Shown: positions 38,921-53,009, numbered from the stretch's first letter. The stretch is DNA of 64,000 nt from Geosiphon pyriformis uo1 (GCA_016748015.1 JAAOMT010000183.1:445877-509876), one strand, 5' to 3'. Notes: a model not told the origin generated them from the sequence alone. Numbers and translations: made by a program.

Positions 38921-39619
38921 AATTCTGGGTCTTTTACCAGTCATTTTATCCTGACATCAGTACCTTCATATATGAATTCTTTAATCAAGTTAATAAACAA
39001 AAGAAATAACAAAAAAAAAATAAAGAAAAGAAAAATAAGAATAGGCCAAGACAATAATGGTTAGTATTCTGTCAATAGCCATGATTAAGAGTTATTGTTC
39101 TAATGTGATTAAATATCAATTACTATCAACATGAAGTGTTGATAGTGAAAAGTAGATTAAGATAGTAAATAATTATTTATTGATATTGGTAGATGGAAGA
39201 TTGTTTAAATAAAATCTAAACTAGGAGATCTCTAACTAAAGGATTCTGTTTTGTAATTTTAATAATTATGATTTGTGAATCTAATTGATTTTATGAGTCT
39301 AATTGACTCTATGAATCAATTGACTTTGAGTTTTCTTGACTAATTTTCTAACTTTTAATACTACTGCTATATATACATATTTGAAATTCCTCAATTCCTC
39401 AATTCTTTATGTCAAGAATCCTGGAATTCTTGGAATTCTGCAATTTCTTTAAGAGGAATTCTGGAATTCTGGAATCCTGCAATTCCTTATACAAGAATTC
39501 TGAAATTCCTGGAATCCTGTAATTTCTCTGAGAAGAATCCTGAAATTCCACTTTTACTATATTTATTCTGATTGGCTAATTTATGTACTAATATTTAATT
39601 CCTATATCTATGAGTAACA
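38921..39619 (-). repeat. Truncated LTR (U5 end lost together with adjacent LINE sequence)
   Basis: Ends GAGTAACA at 39619 and carries a GGAATTC array. The left end breaks mid-LTR and the LINE skips roughly 0.3 kb. Confidence 0.8.
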
Positions 39620-41080
39620 ATAAGTCCAAGACTGTTAAAACAATTGCTATAAGATATGCAATCAAAAAAAATAGAAAATTTTTGTTTAAACAAAAACCAT
39701 ATGATCAAAAGTATATTAGAAAAACTATTTTATACAGTAGTATTAAATCATTTGATAGTTAATAGTGAACTGGTTTTAGAACTTAATAATATTAAATTTA
39801 AAGTTAATATAATTATAGAGGGTTAGACCAAAAAGCAAATAGTTTCCAGATCTTTGTTTGGGCTTTGGACTAGTTAATATGTTTCTTTGAGCTATGTAAA
39901 TAATAATGTATTTTTAAATATTATAAATATTATTGGTTTTAAAAAATTAGTTCAAGTAGTCAAAAATTTGTCAAATAATAAAGCTGCTAGTTTAAATAGT
40001 ATTTTTAATAAATTGTGAAAACATTGTGGTAATAATATTTTTAAGTATTTTTTGAATTTTTTAAATTTATATTTAACTTTGAATGTAATTCTAACTCTAT
40101 AGAGAAGGACATAAGTTTTGATAATACTTAAATCTTATAAATAGGATAAAATTTTAATAAAAATTTGATTTATTACTTTGATTAAGATGATTAAGAAAAT
40201 TTTTTCCAAGATTTTTTCAGATTAAATTTTTTTTGTTTACAACAAATTTAATGTTTTTATGAGAACAACTTCTTTGTTTTGAAAAGTATTTTGACACAGT
40301 CTTCTATTTTTGCTGTTGATTTAATAATTAAGAATGCTCTAAAAAAAACAAAAAAATTTGGTTGGTTTTATAAAATATGTGCAAAGTATATAATTCAGTT
40401 AGTTGGTACTATTTAAAAACTAGTCTATAATATATTAAAATATGTAAGAGATTCATTAGTTTTTTTGGCAGTATTTATAAAAATAGATTAAATAAAATTA
40501 TAATAGATTTTGGTCTTACAAATAGATATTAAATACATAATAAACTAGATTAAAATAAAGTATTCTCTTCTCTTATTGGAAAATCTTCTATAATCTTCTT
40601 TTGTATAAAGTTAAGAAACAAAAATATCTATGTGAATACTAAATTAATATCAAATTTGTAATTAAGACAGAAAAAATAGAAACCAAAAAAGAAATAACTT
40701 TTTTTTTTACAACCAGTGTTTTTATAAATAATACTATCTGAATTGGAAATAGTCAGACTTCTATACAATATATATTAAATATTACCAGTAAATTTTTTTT
40801 GATTAATAATATTTCAATTAACAATAATAAGACAATAACTATTTTATTAATTGAAGAGTTAAAGATGTTTTTTTAAATATTAGTAAATTATTTATTTCAA
40901 TTGTCAAAAGTAGTGTATTATACAAATATTTAGGAATTTTTTTATTTATTACTAAAATATTCAAGCTCTGTTTAGCCAAAACTTAATCTGATATTAAATA
41001 TAATCTTAAAAAAAACTATTATAAATAAATAGTTTTCATATTTGGTTTTGGTTATTTTGCAACTTATTATCAGCTATTAT

Positions 41081-44000
41081 TATTACCCAATAGAAATTAA
41101 CAAAAATCAAAAGTAATAATATTATAATATATTAATTAATTATTAAATAATAATATAAATAGCACAGATTAACAAATAAAATTAGAAAACATAATGTGCA
41201 CACAATAGCATATAAAATGTACACAAATATATCCAATTTAATATAATCATAAACAAATAAGCCAAAAGAGATTTACAGTCAAACAGAAAATCTAATAGTT
41301 TAATAATTATTCACTAATTAATTAGAATAAACATGATCATATATAACTTAAAATATGTATATATATAATAACTTTTTAATTAGAAAAAAAAAACAGACAA
41401 AAAGAAAGAATAATAAAAAATAAAAAGTCAATTAGATAAAATAAAAATAAAAAAAAGATAGAAAAATTGGATTATAATTCCAAAAAAAGCTGAATAATCT
41501 ATTTTTTAAGCTTTGTATCATCTATTAATACTGAGATCAATAAAATTGAAGATCTTCTTTTTTTATAATCCAGTCCTTTATAAATAACTAAAAGAGCCAC
41601 TATTCTCTTTTCTATTATTGCCTTTTTATTAAAAAAAAACAATAATAAAAACATCCAACATACCAACAAAAGCATAAATAAGATCTAAGCTTAACAAGAT
41701 TAAAAACACATTAAAAAAATATTAAATATATGAAATTACTTAAAAAATATTTGTAATATTTTAACCAAAATCAACAGTTGACTTAAAAATCCAGAACAAG
41801 TTCTTTATATCTTTAAAAAATTAATTTTTGATCAAGATTATTTTATAAATATTAATTATATTAAAATTTTACTTTTTATTTTAATTTTTTTTGAATTTAT
41901 TAGAAATAAGGTACCACTTTATTACAAATAAAAAAATACAAATATTTAATATTAGCACAAGATAAAAAAAGTATCTTTGTAAGAACTTTAAAGAAAAACA
42001 CAATCAGAAATATAGAGATATAACAGAAATTTTTTTTAAAGAACTAACATAATAGTGGCTACTAACAGCAATTTTGACAAAAACATTATGTTATACACCA
42101 AATCTAATAAGAAAAATACTTAGAAAAAATTATCTAATATCTATTAAGAAGTTAGAAAAACTTATTGAGCTAACTTTCAGATCCTTAAATAAAAAAATAG
42201 TAGTAATATATTAAATAAAAATCCAGCATAAATTAAAAGCAATGCTAATTGAGACTAATATATTTATTTTTGTGTCAAAATTAAATAATTTACTATATTA
42301 TTGCTTAATCTAAAAAGCCATAGAAATTAATCATAATATGATTACTAAAGATAGAGAAAAACATCTGTAAAATTTGATGCTTATTCTGAGATTCAATTTT
42401 AATCTATTTAAGTTATCTAAATTCTAGTAATAATTAATTGCATAAATTAGTAGATCAAAATAACAAAACCAATAACAATCATTAATTTTTTCAGCCAAAA
42501 TTTATATTACTAATTTTAAAAAAGATTAAGATTACTTAATAATTGTTTTTTAACTGAATTAATTTTTAACTATTATGTATATTATTAAATTTAATACTTA
42601 CTTAGACAAGGTTCAGAATTTCAAGAACAAAAACAAAGCTTATATTAGAAATTAATTTAACATACTATACTATCTAATACACAATTATTCCCAATAATTC
42701 TGATACAAATACACCAAAAAATCAAAAAATACACCTAAATAGGATTCTGATATTTGGTCTAATTCAGTTTAAGTTTAATTAAATCACTAAATTAAACTGA
42801 ATTTAAACAGAAAATTTGGCAAAATTTTGAATTTAAACTTGAATTAGACTTAAAATTATTGAACTTAAATTGAATCTAAACATATATAATAAGTTTAGTT
42901 CAAGTTTAGTTTAAAGTTCATAAACATATTCAGATTCAATTATTAAAAACATTATATTATATTATATTATTATTTAATTTTTTTTTAATAGTTCCTGTAT
43001 CTATGATTGAAAATATTGTGCTGCTTTTATAGTTTTAAGCACTAAACAAGATTTCATATCTGTAATCATATTCTCACTCACAGAAAAGACACATTCAAAA
43101 ACAACAAATAATTTTTAGATTATCAAATAATTATAAGTCATATATATAAAACAAAAGAATTGTGTTTAATATGCTTAAATATTGAATTATTAATAAAATG
43201 TTAATTTAAATAAATATTTTTTGTAATATATCTTTCATCATACCATTATATCTATTTCTTTATTGGCCATCTTTTTAGAAATATAATAATTAATTTCATC
43301 AAGTTTTTTTTTCATTTTAAAGAGAGTACATATTCTAAAAATTTATTTATTGTGTAAAAGTTGGAAAATAAAACTGTTAAAATAAATTAATAACTTATAA
43401 TTTTTTTGTTTTATTAATATTGTTATCCAAAAATATTTTTTTTGTAAAATAATAGAATTCTTTCTTTGAATCCAATGCAATACAAAGTATTATAATTGTA
43501 TTTGTTTTAAAGTAATATTCAACTAACTTTTTTTTTGCTGTTCTAGTTATTATAATAAATAATAGATTTAATATAAATATATTAAATAAATAACTAAATA
43601 AATACAATTAAGATTATAATGCTTTATTAGATTTATTATCATTAACCATGTCTTTAACATAATTAAGAATAATATTAAAAAGAGAAATAAACAAAAAAGC
43701 AGTATTATTTGAATTGGTTAATATATTTGTTGGTAGTTGATAAACCAAATAGTAATTATGTTATAAAGTTTTTTATTATTAATATCAATAGTAGTTATTA
43801 CAGAAAACTAGAGCAGTTTTTTAGTTAGATTGGCCAAAAATTATAAAAAAAATAGCAATCTCACTTATTGAAATATTTCTTTAATTGACTTGTAATTTTT
43901 CTTAATATTTTGTCTTTTCTTATAATATTTTTCTGTTGTAACATATATTATTTAGTAGAAAGTTTCTAAATAGTATTATAAAAGTTTAGTAGTATTTGTA

Positions 44001-45880
44001 ATTCCACAAAAAAATGGTTTATGTATATATTTTGAGACTGTATATTTAGCCATTTTTTTTTGTCTACTTAAACTTATTAAAATAGTTTTATACTTTACTC
44101 TAAAAATTACATTTACCAAATATATTATTATTTGGACTATTTGGGTTATCAAATTCTGTTATTTCAGATTTTAAATCTTTGGTAATATTGAATAATGCCA
44201 ACAATAAATTTATTTTGGTAAGTTGAAGAATAGAATTGTTATATATATATAGTTTTATATACTTTTTTAATTGGTTATAGTAATTAAACAAAGTAATAAT
44301 TAATCAAGTAGTACAAATTATATATTTTTTTAATTTTATTAAACTTAAACAAGTTTGTGAACTTCAAACCAAACTTAAACTGAACTTTGATTTGTTAAAA
44401 AAATTTAATGCTAAACTTAAATCAAACCTATTTTAAAAAATTAATTTGGTTCAAATTTAGTTTATAATTTAAACTAAACTTAAACAACATTCAAAGTTCA
44501 ATTCAGTTTAGTTCAATTAAAACCTTATACTTAAAAAAGTTTTTCACTTATCTTCAATGAAAACAGAAAAAACAACAGTAATCAAGATAACTAACTAAAA
44601 ACCTTAATACAAACACTTCATTAAGGAATTGTAGATTAACAACAAATATTAACTTTATTATATAAAAAACCTTAAGTTATATTACCAAAAGCTTTATTCT
44701 ATTATTTGTTACCAAATAATCAAATTAATATACTACTAAAAGCTGTATTCTTATCTATTACAAAAACAACTTCCAAACTTCTAACTATGTCCAATCTTAT
44801 TTAAAATTTTTTTTTTTAAAAAGCCCATTCTAAAAAGATACTTATTGCAATTTTTAAACTTATTTTCTCCACAACCAAACTTTTAGACTGTTTGGAAATC
44901 TGAGCTTAAAATTGAACCAGAATTCAAGTTTAAACATAACTAAGAAAACAGAGTATTAGAAGAAAAAAAAGAATTTTCAAACAAATCAAAACCAGAATTC
45001 ATAGTTCTTTCTGTTCAAATATCTATAAATCCTCAAAAAATAACTATTTTTTATATCACAAAATTAACCAATTTTACCAGAAAAAAAGAAAATATTCATA
45101 CTTGGATTGAAAAAACACAAAAAGCAATTCTAGTAAATAATTAAAATAAAGTCCACAGTTTTTAAATCTTACTATTCTTCTTAAAAAATATAATTAACTC
45201 CTGGTATTAGAATCTAGATCTTAAACTTGACACTTATACATGGTTTTAAAATACATTTCTAAAATATTTTTACAACTTCAACACTATTGTTAAACTTTAA
45301 AATAGATTCATTATTATTAAATAACAGTCCAATAAAACAGTTATTAAATATTTTGGTGGATTTAATCATATATTATAACAGATTAGAGCCATAAAAGACA
45401 ACTATTATATAGCCTCTCAGATTTTTAATCAGTTTATAAGAGAATTAAGAAGTAGTATCTTAGAATAAATAAGACTATAATATTTAAAAGATCTATTTCA
45501 AGCCATTATGTTGGCTTAAGATATTAAATCAGCCAAAAAAAAAGCTAACTATAATAAAATAGTAAACTTAGTAATAAATAACAATAGCACCAAAAAACTA
45601 AAAAACAAAATTACTTAATTCAAGAAAAAATTATTTTAAAAAATAGAAAGTTATCTTGCTAATATCAGATCTCAGATACCAAATTAATATCAACCATCAT
45701 AACAACAAAACCAAACACTTTTTCAAAACTGTGGCTATTAAAACCCAAATAAAAACCAACAGAATATATCAATATGTTATTATTATTAAAAGTGTGAACA
45801 TATTAAAGCCAAATGCTGATTACTATAGTTTCATCAAAATTTGCAAAAAAACAATTTATGAAATTCACTTCTTAATAATC
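41081..45880 (+). mobile_element. Gypsy-C 5' part: 5' LTR (41081-42372), PBS, gag remnant
   Basis: PBS-like tgatgcttattctgag at 42375-42390; gag motif YITKLTNFT..TWIE; CCHC remnant at ~45775-45820. Confidence 0.78.
42740..44527 (-). mobile_element. hAT DNA transposon, internally deleted
   Basis: TIRs taggattctgat / attaaaacctta; 8-bp TSD cacctaaa/tacttaaa; subterminal repeats. Transposase remnants KKKLVEYY..ALDS and ECVFSVSENMITD..S.L..KT (hAT dimerisation domain, ~43000-43110). Confidence 0.85.
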
Positions 45881-45884
45881 AATA

Positions 45885-46668
45885 CATAATATTTCTGTAT
45901 ACAAATTTCTTATCAGCACATTTAAAAAGAAATGAAACAATTCAAAAAATACTTGAACACTATTTTTGGTCTCATATACAAAAAAACATTTAACAATATG
46001 TAGAATCTTGTAATAACTATCAAAAAAAAGAAAGAATTCACTCTACTGAATAACTGAATTCAATCAAAGTTAGACAATCTTTTAACAGAGTAGAAATTAA
46101 TTTAGTCAGACCACTACTCATTGCAAATTAAGAAAACTGTTATATTGTAGTTGCAGTAAACTATCTCACTAAATAGTATAAAACTAAAATTATCTAAAGA
46201 ACAAATACAAAATTAGCAAATTTTATCTATGAAGACATTATTTATAAACATAAATGCCCAATTGAACTTTTATCAGACCAAAAAACACATTTTGTGAACA
46301 ACCTAATACAAAAAATTTGTGAATAATTTAATGTTAAAAAACCTTTATTATTACCTTATTACTCACAAACAAATAAACTTGTAGAATGTTTTAACAGAAC
46401 ATTGTGTAATTTATTAGCCAAAGTTTTAACTAATTTTAAGCAGGAATAGAATATTTTTATTTTATCAATGTTATTGGCATACAGAATACTAAAACAAAAT
46501 ATCATAAAACACATACCATTTGATCTTATTTATGAAAGAATAGCAATACTACCAATTAATTTTATAGTAGAAACATATTTAGTACAATCTATTATTAAAG
46601 AAAACTTCCAAAAGACACTTCAATAAAAAGCTTACACTTTGCTTAATACTTTGGAAGAAAAATGATGG
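45885..46668 (+). pseudogene. Gypsy-F integrase (Zn-binding and core)
   Basis: AH..YFW..YVESC, VAVNYLTK, CPIELLSDQ, QTNKLVECFNRTL. Continues in frame at 35554 on the minus strand. Confidence 0.82.
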
Positions 46669-49529
46669 TGTTACTTATAGAATATAGAAAGTATATTAGC
46701 ATATAAATTAGCCAATTAAAAGTAGCCATAGTAAATGTAAAATTCCAGAATTCTTAAGATGAAAAATTGAGGAATTGAGGAATTTTAATTATGTATATAT
46801 AGTAATAGCATTAAAAGCAGAAAAGACAGATCTCTTAGTTGAAATTTCATCTAAGCAATCTTTTAAGTCATAAATATCAATAAATAATTATTTACTATCT
46901 TAATTTACTCTCCACTATCAACACTTTATGTTAACCTATATTTGACCATATTGGAACAATAGCTCTTTATTACGATTATTGATGGAATACTAACTTAATT
47001 GCCTTGGCTTATTTTTTTTTGTTATTTTTCTTTCTTTTATTTTCTCTTTTATTGTTGTATACTAATTAAGGATTAAGTGCTGAGTTACTAATGTCAGGGT
47101 ATAGTATTGGTAAAAAATCCAGGAATAAAGATAGATATTCAATTTGAGAATAGTTTACCAGAAGATTGCCAGCCACCATGCCAAGAAAAAAATTGATGGA
47201 ATTGTAATTCCGAGAAGCAATGGACAACAAACCACATTAATCTGAAAGTTAATACAGAAGCACCATTAAAAAAAGACACACTTAAATCTTTGTTTATTAT
47301 ACAAAGAACTCCATCCAAAATCTTTAGATAATTACTAACATAATTTAGCCATTGAGTACCAAGTTACTGGTTTGTTATTTGATTTGAAACCCCAAATAAT
47401 CACTTGTAATATTTGGTGCTTTTTGTGAGGTATAATTCTACAAAGAACTAGCATCAATAACAACCATCCAAAAGTGGCAGAATCAGAAAAAATAGAAACA
47501 AATCATTTAGAATTTGCCAAATTCTTATTTCAGCATTATTGTCAACATTTGAGATTAACTAACAATTATCTATTAGCAGAGTCTGTTTTCAACTTCTACA
47601 TTAATAAAAGAATCTCATATTTGCTAAAAGTGCCAGTAGAAACTGACTCAACAAGAGAAAATTTTTATAATGAATTAATTTAAAACACCAGTCTACCAAC
47701 AAATCATAATTTCACAACAATCCTAATTAAAATCAATAGAGAAATTGAACATTACACTCAACAAAAATATCTTATTATTTACACAATCAAAGGTAAAGAA
47801 AAACTACAGACATCAGTGATAACACTCCAGAAAATACAACCACTTACTTAGAAAAAAACAAAAGTTAAATCACCAATCCATCTATTATACTACTACACAT
47901 CCAAAAGTGCTATCAACATTTTATCAGCAGGCATATTCACATCAAATGTAAAAACATCATTGGCACAAATACTATTCTAAAGTAAACAATTAAAAACCAA
48001 CTTATTAGGAACCTACAGCAAATATTTTGAGAGATTTAAATTGCGATTACTGATATCATCAGGATTTTGATCACTGCCACTTCCACCAGATTTCGAAATC
48101 ACAAGTTCTTGAGAAGTAACAGAATTGGAAAAAAAGAAAAATGACAACTAGGAATATAATTATCAAAACCTGATTGTTGAAAATCCAGAAATTAAAACTC
48201 CAAATATTTAAACTCAGCAAAATCAGAATGATTCCAACCCCAATACTATTAATCAATATTTACCTCCAGTAATTGTAATCAATTAACTATCTATTGAACC
48301 AATTGCTGAATTACTACAATAGCTAATACCCCTTCAGCAATAACTACAACAATCATTTCAACAACCACTACAACAACAGCAACAAGTTATAATACCAATG
48401 GCATATGCTCCTATTACCAAATTAGAAAAATTTACTGGTAAAGAAGATAACATCCAAGTTTAGCTCAATGACATTGCCAAAGCAATTACTACTAATAATT
48501 GAGACAATGCCAGAGTTCTACAGGTCATCTCATATTTTTTCCAAGATACTGTTGATTTATGGTATCAAAGCTTAATAAACAAATCTATTACCTTTGATGT
48601 GTTTAAAACAAAGTTCTTGAAATATTTTAGCAACAATAATAGTATTAACCACTTAGCCAATATCTTCACTATTATTAAACAAAAAAAAACTGAAGCAGTT
48701 ATTACTTACCTAGGATGCTGTCATAAAAACTTGTGCCAAATACAAGCAATTAACACAAATTATTTTACAGTGTTACAGATTCTGAACCAATTCATCCATA
48801 GATTACACAGTAGCATTTTCCAATGCATATGCTCAATGCACCTGCAAACTCTTTAAGATACAGTTACCAATGCACAAGATTTTGAATCTGCCAAACTCAA
48901 AGCAAATCATGTCTAAGCCATCAATCTAGTAATAAACAGATCATCTGAATTGGATTCCAAATTAAAACAATTCAGTGATTCAATTAATCAAAAATTAGAA
49001 AAATACTTAGCTAACAATAATCAGGTCATATATTAACTACCACAATGTCACAAAAATTCCAGAACTATTGATTAGCACCAAAATCAGTTATGTTTTGTGG
49101 CAACACAATTATTATGACAGCAAGAAACACATATTTGCCACAATTGTAATAAACAAGATCATATCAGGATTGACTGTCATACCAAAATTAATAGTCAATA
49201 ATTGGGTAATTAATATTGAAACCCCAATCACAGATTTCAAATCCAATATTCTATCAACTAAACCATATTAATATTAACTCCATTACCCATAAATGATACA
49301 ACAACCAATATACATACCTCCAATCTATCAAATCCCAGCTCCAGTTATTTATCAACCACAGCCATAAGTAATTTATTAACCACAATTTATCACCACACTG
49401 CCCCAAAATTCAGCTCAGATATTCAAAAATCTAAGACCAAAAATTGTACACACCCAACAGAACTGGTGATCAGTAATGATGATGCATCAGCCAATCTCCA
49501 GCTTATTTTAGCAACCAGCAAGATTATGG
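46669..49529 (+). mobile_element. Gypsy-B 5' part: 5' LTR (46669-47411), PBS (47414-47430), gag remnant from 47474
   Basis: TGTTAC start after ATGG; PBS TGGTGCT; MAYAPITKLEKFTGKE gag core at ~48398; CHNCNKQDHIRIDC knuckle. Confidence 0.9.
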
Positions 49530-50388
49530 TATTACAAGTGATTATTTGGGGTGTTGAATCAAATAACAAACCCGTAACTTGGTGCTAAAAGTTATTTGCA
49601 TTAATGTTATTAATCTGAAGGTTTTGTATCTGAAGGTTTTGGGTTGAGTTTTTTGTATAATAAAGAGAGATTCAATAGTTGTTTTATTTTTAGCTTCCCA
49701 GAATCACAATTCTATCAATTCTTTTCTTGGCATGATGATCAACAATCCTCTGGTAAGTATTCCGTATCTTCTGTACGTGTCCTACCCTTTCACAGAGGTC
49801 TTTTACCAGGCAATCCTTGATGTCAATAATCTAGCACTTTATTCAACCAATTAGTGCACAACAATAAAATCAAAATAAAATAAAGAAAAGAAATAAAAAA
49901 AAATCATAAATAAGCCAAGGTGATTTTGCAAGTCAGTATCTCGTCAATAGCCATGATCAAGAGCTATTGTTCCAGTGTGATTAAGTATCAATTACTATTA
50001 ACATGGAGTGTTGATAGTGGAATTTAGGTTTAAGATACCAAATAGTTATTTATTGTGTTTGGAAGGTTGTCTAGATAAAATCTAAACTTGATGGTCTGTC
50101 TTTTTAGCTTCTAATCTTACTGCTATATATACATAATTGAGATTCCTCAATTCTTTAATTCTTTACAACAGGTATCTTGGGATTCCTGGAATCCTGCAAT
50201 TTCTTTGAGAGGAATTCTGGAATTCTGGAATTCTGTGATTTCTTGTGAGAATTCTGTAATTTCTGAAATCTTGCAATTCCTGAAAGGAATCCTGGAATTC
50301 CATATTTTACTATGTCTACTTCTGATTGGCTAATAACTATGCTAATATATATTCCCTATATTTTTATAAGTAACATTATTCTTTCCTT

Positions 50389-51048
50389 TTAATATTGAGC
50401 TCTGTCGAAATCTAACTTTGTTAATTCTCTTTCTTGAAGTATTTTCTGAATATCATTTTCGAGAATTACTTGTGTTATTTAAGTCTGTAATTCTTCAAAT
50501 TGAGCATTGGTGATCTTTTCTAATTGATTACTGATAACCATATTCATTGCTTTGTTGAGTAATATTTCTGGTCGATCCTAAAATGCTGTGTATATTCAGT
50601 ATATGGCTCAGGTCTGTGTGAATAAGTTGTTTTTTCCCAAAAAATGTTCTAATTGTTGTAGTATTCTTGTGTCGAATAATTACTTTGTTTTATCTGTATA
50701 TAGATTCTGGATATTCACATATTGTCCCAAGTAAAAATAACAATAGTTTCTTGGAAATTGTTGTATCCACTAATTCCAAGTTTTTTTTAGTCAATTCTTA
50801 GTATAGTGACTCTTTTGTTGACTTTTTTATTACTAATTTTACTTTCACAATGATTTTGTTAATGGTATTTTCTGTTTTTTTCTGTGTTCTATGTGGTGAT
50901 ATCTTTCTAGTGTCTTGATATTGGATGGTTTGTTGATTAATATAATTTCTATCTCTTGGTATTGAATCAATTGAAAGAGTTGCTGTGCTAGTGAGTGGAT
51001 GTTGTCTGTAATTTCTATTTTTCTGATATTTCTTGTTGCATCTACCAT
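50389..51048 (-). pseudogene. Gypsy-D ORF3, ~220 aa, unknown function
   Basis: Readable after one frameshift and restoring CGA/CAA/CAG at the stops. Homologous remnants sit at the same position in elements B, C and F. Confidence 0.75.
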
Positions 51049-51117
51049 GTTTTTATATATTCTTTTGATGGATTAATTTAATGTGTTATTGTCAATGATG
51101 ATAATTGGTTCCAAATC

Positions 51118-51866
51118 TCATGGAATTTCTTCTGGTTGGACTAATATCTTCTGTATTCCTAATTGTGGAATATTACTGGTGGATGGTAATGTGATGTTGT
51201 GGTATGATTTCAGTCGATCTCCATGTGCTGCTTTGGTTAAAATTTTGTTATCCAGTCTTAATTTGTAAGCTTCATTTCCTAGAATTTCTTCTATGTGAAA
51301 TGGTCCATCCCATTTGGAGTTGAATTTTCTATTCCATTGTTTTTCCATTTTGGTATGATGTAAGAGTACTTTGTTTCCAATTTTGAATTCAACTAGTTTG
51401 TCTGGTAGTTGATTATTTCTGTTTCTCTTGTGACTTTTGTATGTTATCAGCTGCTCTTTTTCATTTGTTTTCTAATGTTTCCATTAAGTCATATGTTTTT
51501 CTTAACAATGTCTCTTGGAAATTCTCTTCTGTTATTGGTTTAGTTGGATATTTGTTAACCTCTATCTCAACTGGTAATGTTGCTGTTCTACCATATATTA
51601 ATTCAAATGGTGTTGCTTGTGTGGTGTCTTGCTTCATTGTCCAATAAGCAAATAATACTGATAGTATGAACAAATCCCATTCATCTTGGTTTTCTTGGCT
51701 GAGTTTTACTATTGCTTCACACAATGTTCTATTAAATCTTTCAACTAATCCATTGGTTTGTGGATGGTATGGTAATGATAGTGGTCTCTTAATTCCGAAT
51801 CTTTGGCTTAGTTCTGCTAATGTTCTATTTACAAAATGGGTTCCTTGGTCTAATAATAGTTCTTTT
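51118..51866 (-). pseudogene. Integrase C-terminal half
   Basis: DQGTHF, YHPQTNGLVERFNRTL, TPFELIYGR, KWDGPF. Confidence 0.9.
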
Positions 51867-53009
51867 TGGCTGATGTTAAGTCTCAACTGGTAAATGCTAC
51901 TAGATGTTCTCTTCCATCTGGTCCTCTCTGAGATAGTACTGCTCCCAATGCTTGATCTAATGCATCAGTAGTAATAATGAATGGTTTGTTGTGATCTGAA
52001 TAGATTAATACTGGCACTTGAATGAGCTTTTCTCTTAAAATGTCAAAAGCTTTTTGTTGTATTTCCATCCATTTATATTTTACGTTCTTGGTTTGTAGAT
52101 GGTTGAGTGGCTGAGCTATTTTAAAAAAGTTTTTGATAAAGTGACAATAATAGCTTGTAAATCTCAAGAATGATTTTAGTTTAGTTATATTGGTTGGCAT
52201 GGAAAGTTCTTTACTATTTCTATCTTGTCTGGGTCTGTCTTGATATTATCTTTGCTAACTATATGTCCCAGAAACTTCAATTCTGTTTTGTCAAAGAAGC
52301 ACTTAATAGCATTTAGCTTTAACTCTGCTCATTGCAGTCTTTCGAATACTTGTTGAAGATAATAAAGATGATCATCAAATGTTCTTGAGAATACATTGAT
52401 GTCGTCCAAGTACACAACTACTGATTTCCACAATAAGCCAGTATACACAATTTCCATTAGCCATTGGAAGGTTGCTGGGGTATTGGTTAAGCCAAATGAC
52501 ATTATTTCAAATTCGAAATTCTCTTCTCTTGTAGTAAATGCTGTTTTCTCTTTATCGGCTAGATCTATGACTACTTGCCAGTAACCACTATCCAAATCCA
52601 ATATTGAAAACCATTTGTTTTCTCCAAAAGCATTGAATAACTCTTGGATCCATAAAGTTGGATAACTGTCTCCATGAGTGACTCCATTGAGTTTTCTGTA
52701 GTCTACACAAAATTTGATCTTTCCATTTTTCTTCTGGACGAGTACTACTGGTGACGACCATGAACTCATTGATGGCTGGATTAGCCTGTTGTCAAGCATT
52801 TGATTGATCTCTTGACAAATGGTTTCATGGCTTGCTGGTAGTACTCTGTATGCTCTTTGTTTGATTGGTATTGTATCTTCAGTTTTGATCTGGTGTTGGA
52901 TAATATCAGTTCTGCCAAATTTGTTTTCGCTGGCAAAGATGTCATTAAAATTGTTGAGTAACATCTTTAGTTGCATCTGTTGAAGTGGATCTAGATTTCC
53001 CATGTTCAT
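51856..53009 (-). pseudogene. Reverse transcriptase and start of RNase H
   Basis: SPVVLVQKK, FCVDYRKLN, LDLDSGYWQ, FGLTN.PATFQ, YLDD (52401-52412), ITTDA. Confidence 0.95.

Larger units (their letters stand above)
36601..41080 (+). mobile_element. 5' half of the decayed LINE (ORF1 tail, APE, RT)
   Basis: ORF1 tail at 36959-37210; TCNI, ETKL and SGNFN (APE); RT remnants to ..QLIISY, ending in TTAT at the Gypsy-C LTR. Confidence 0.82.
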
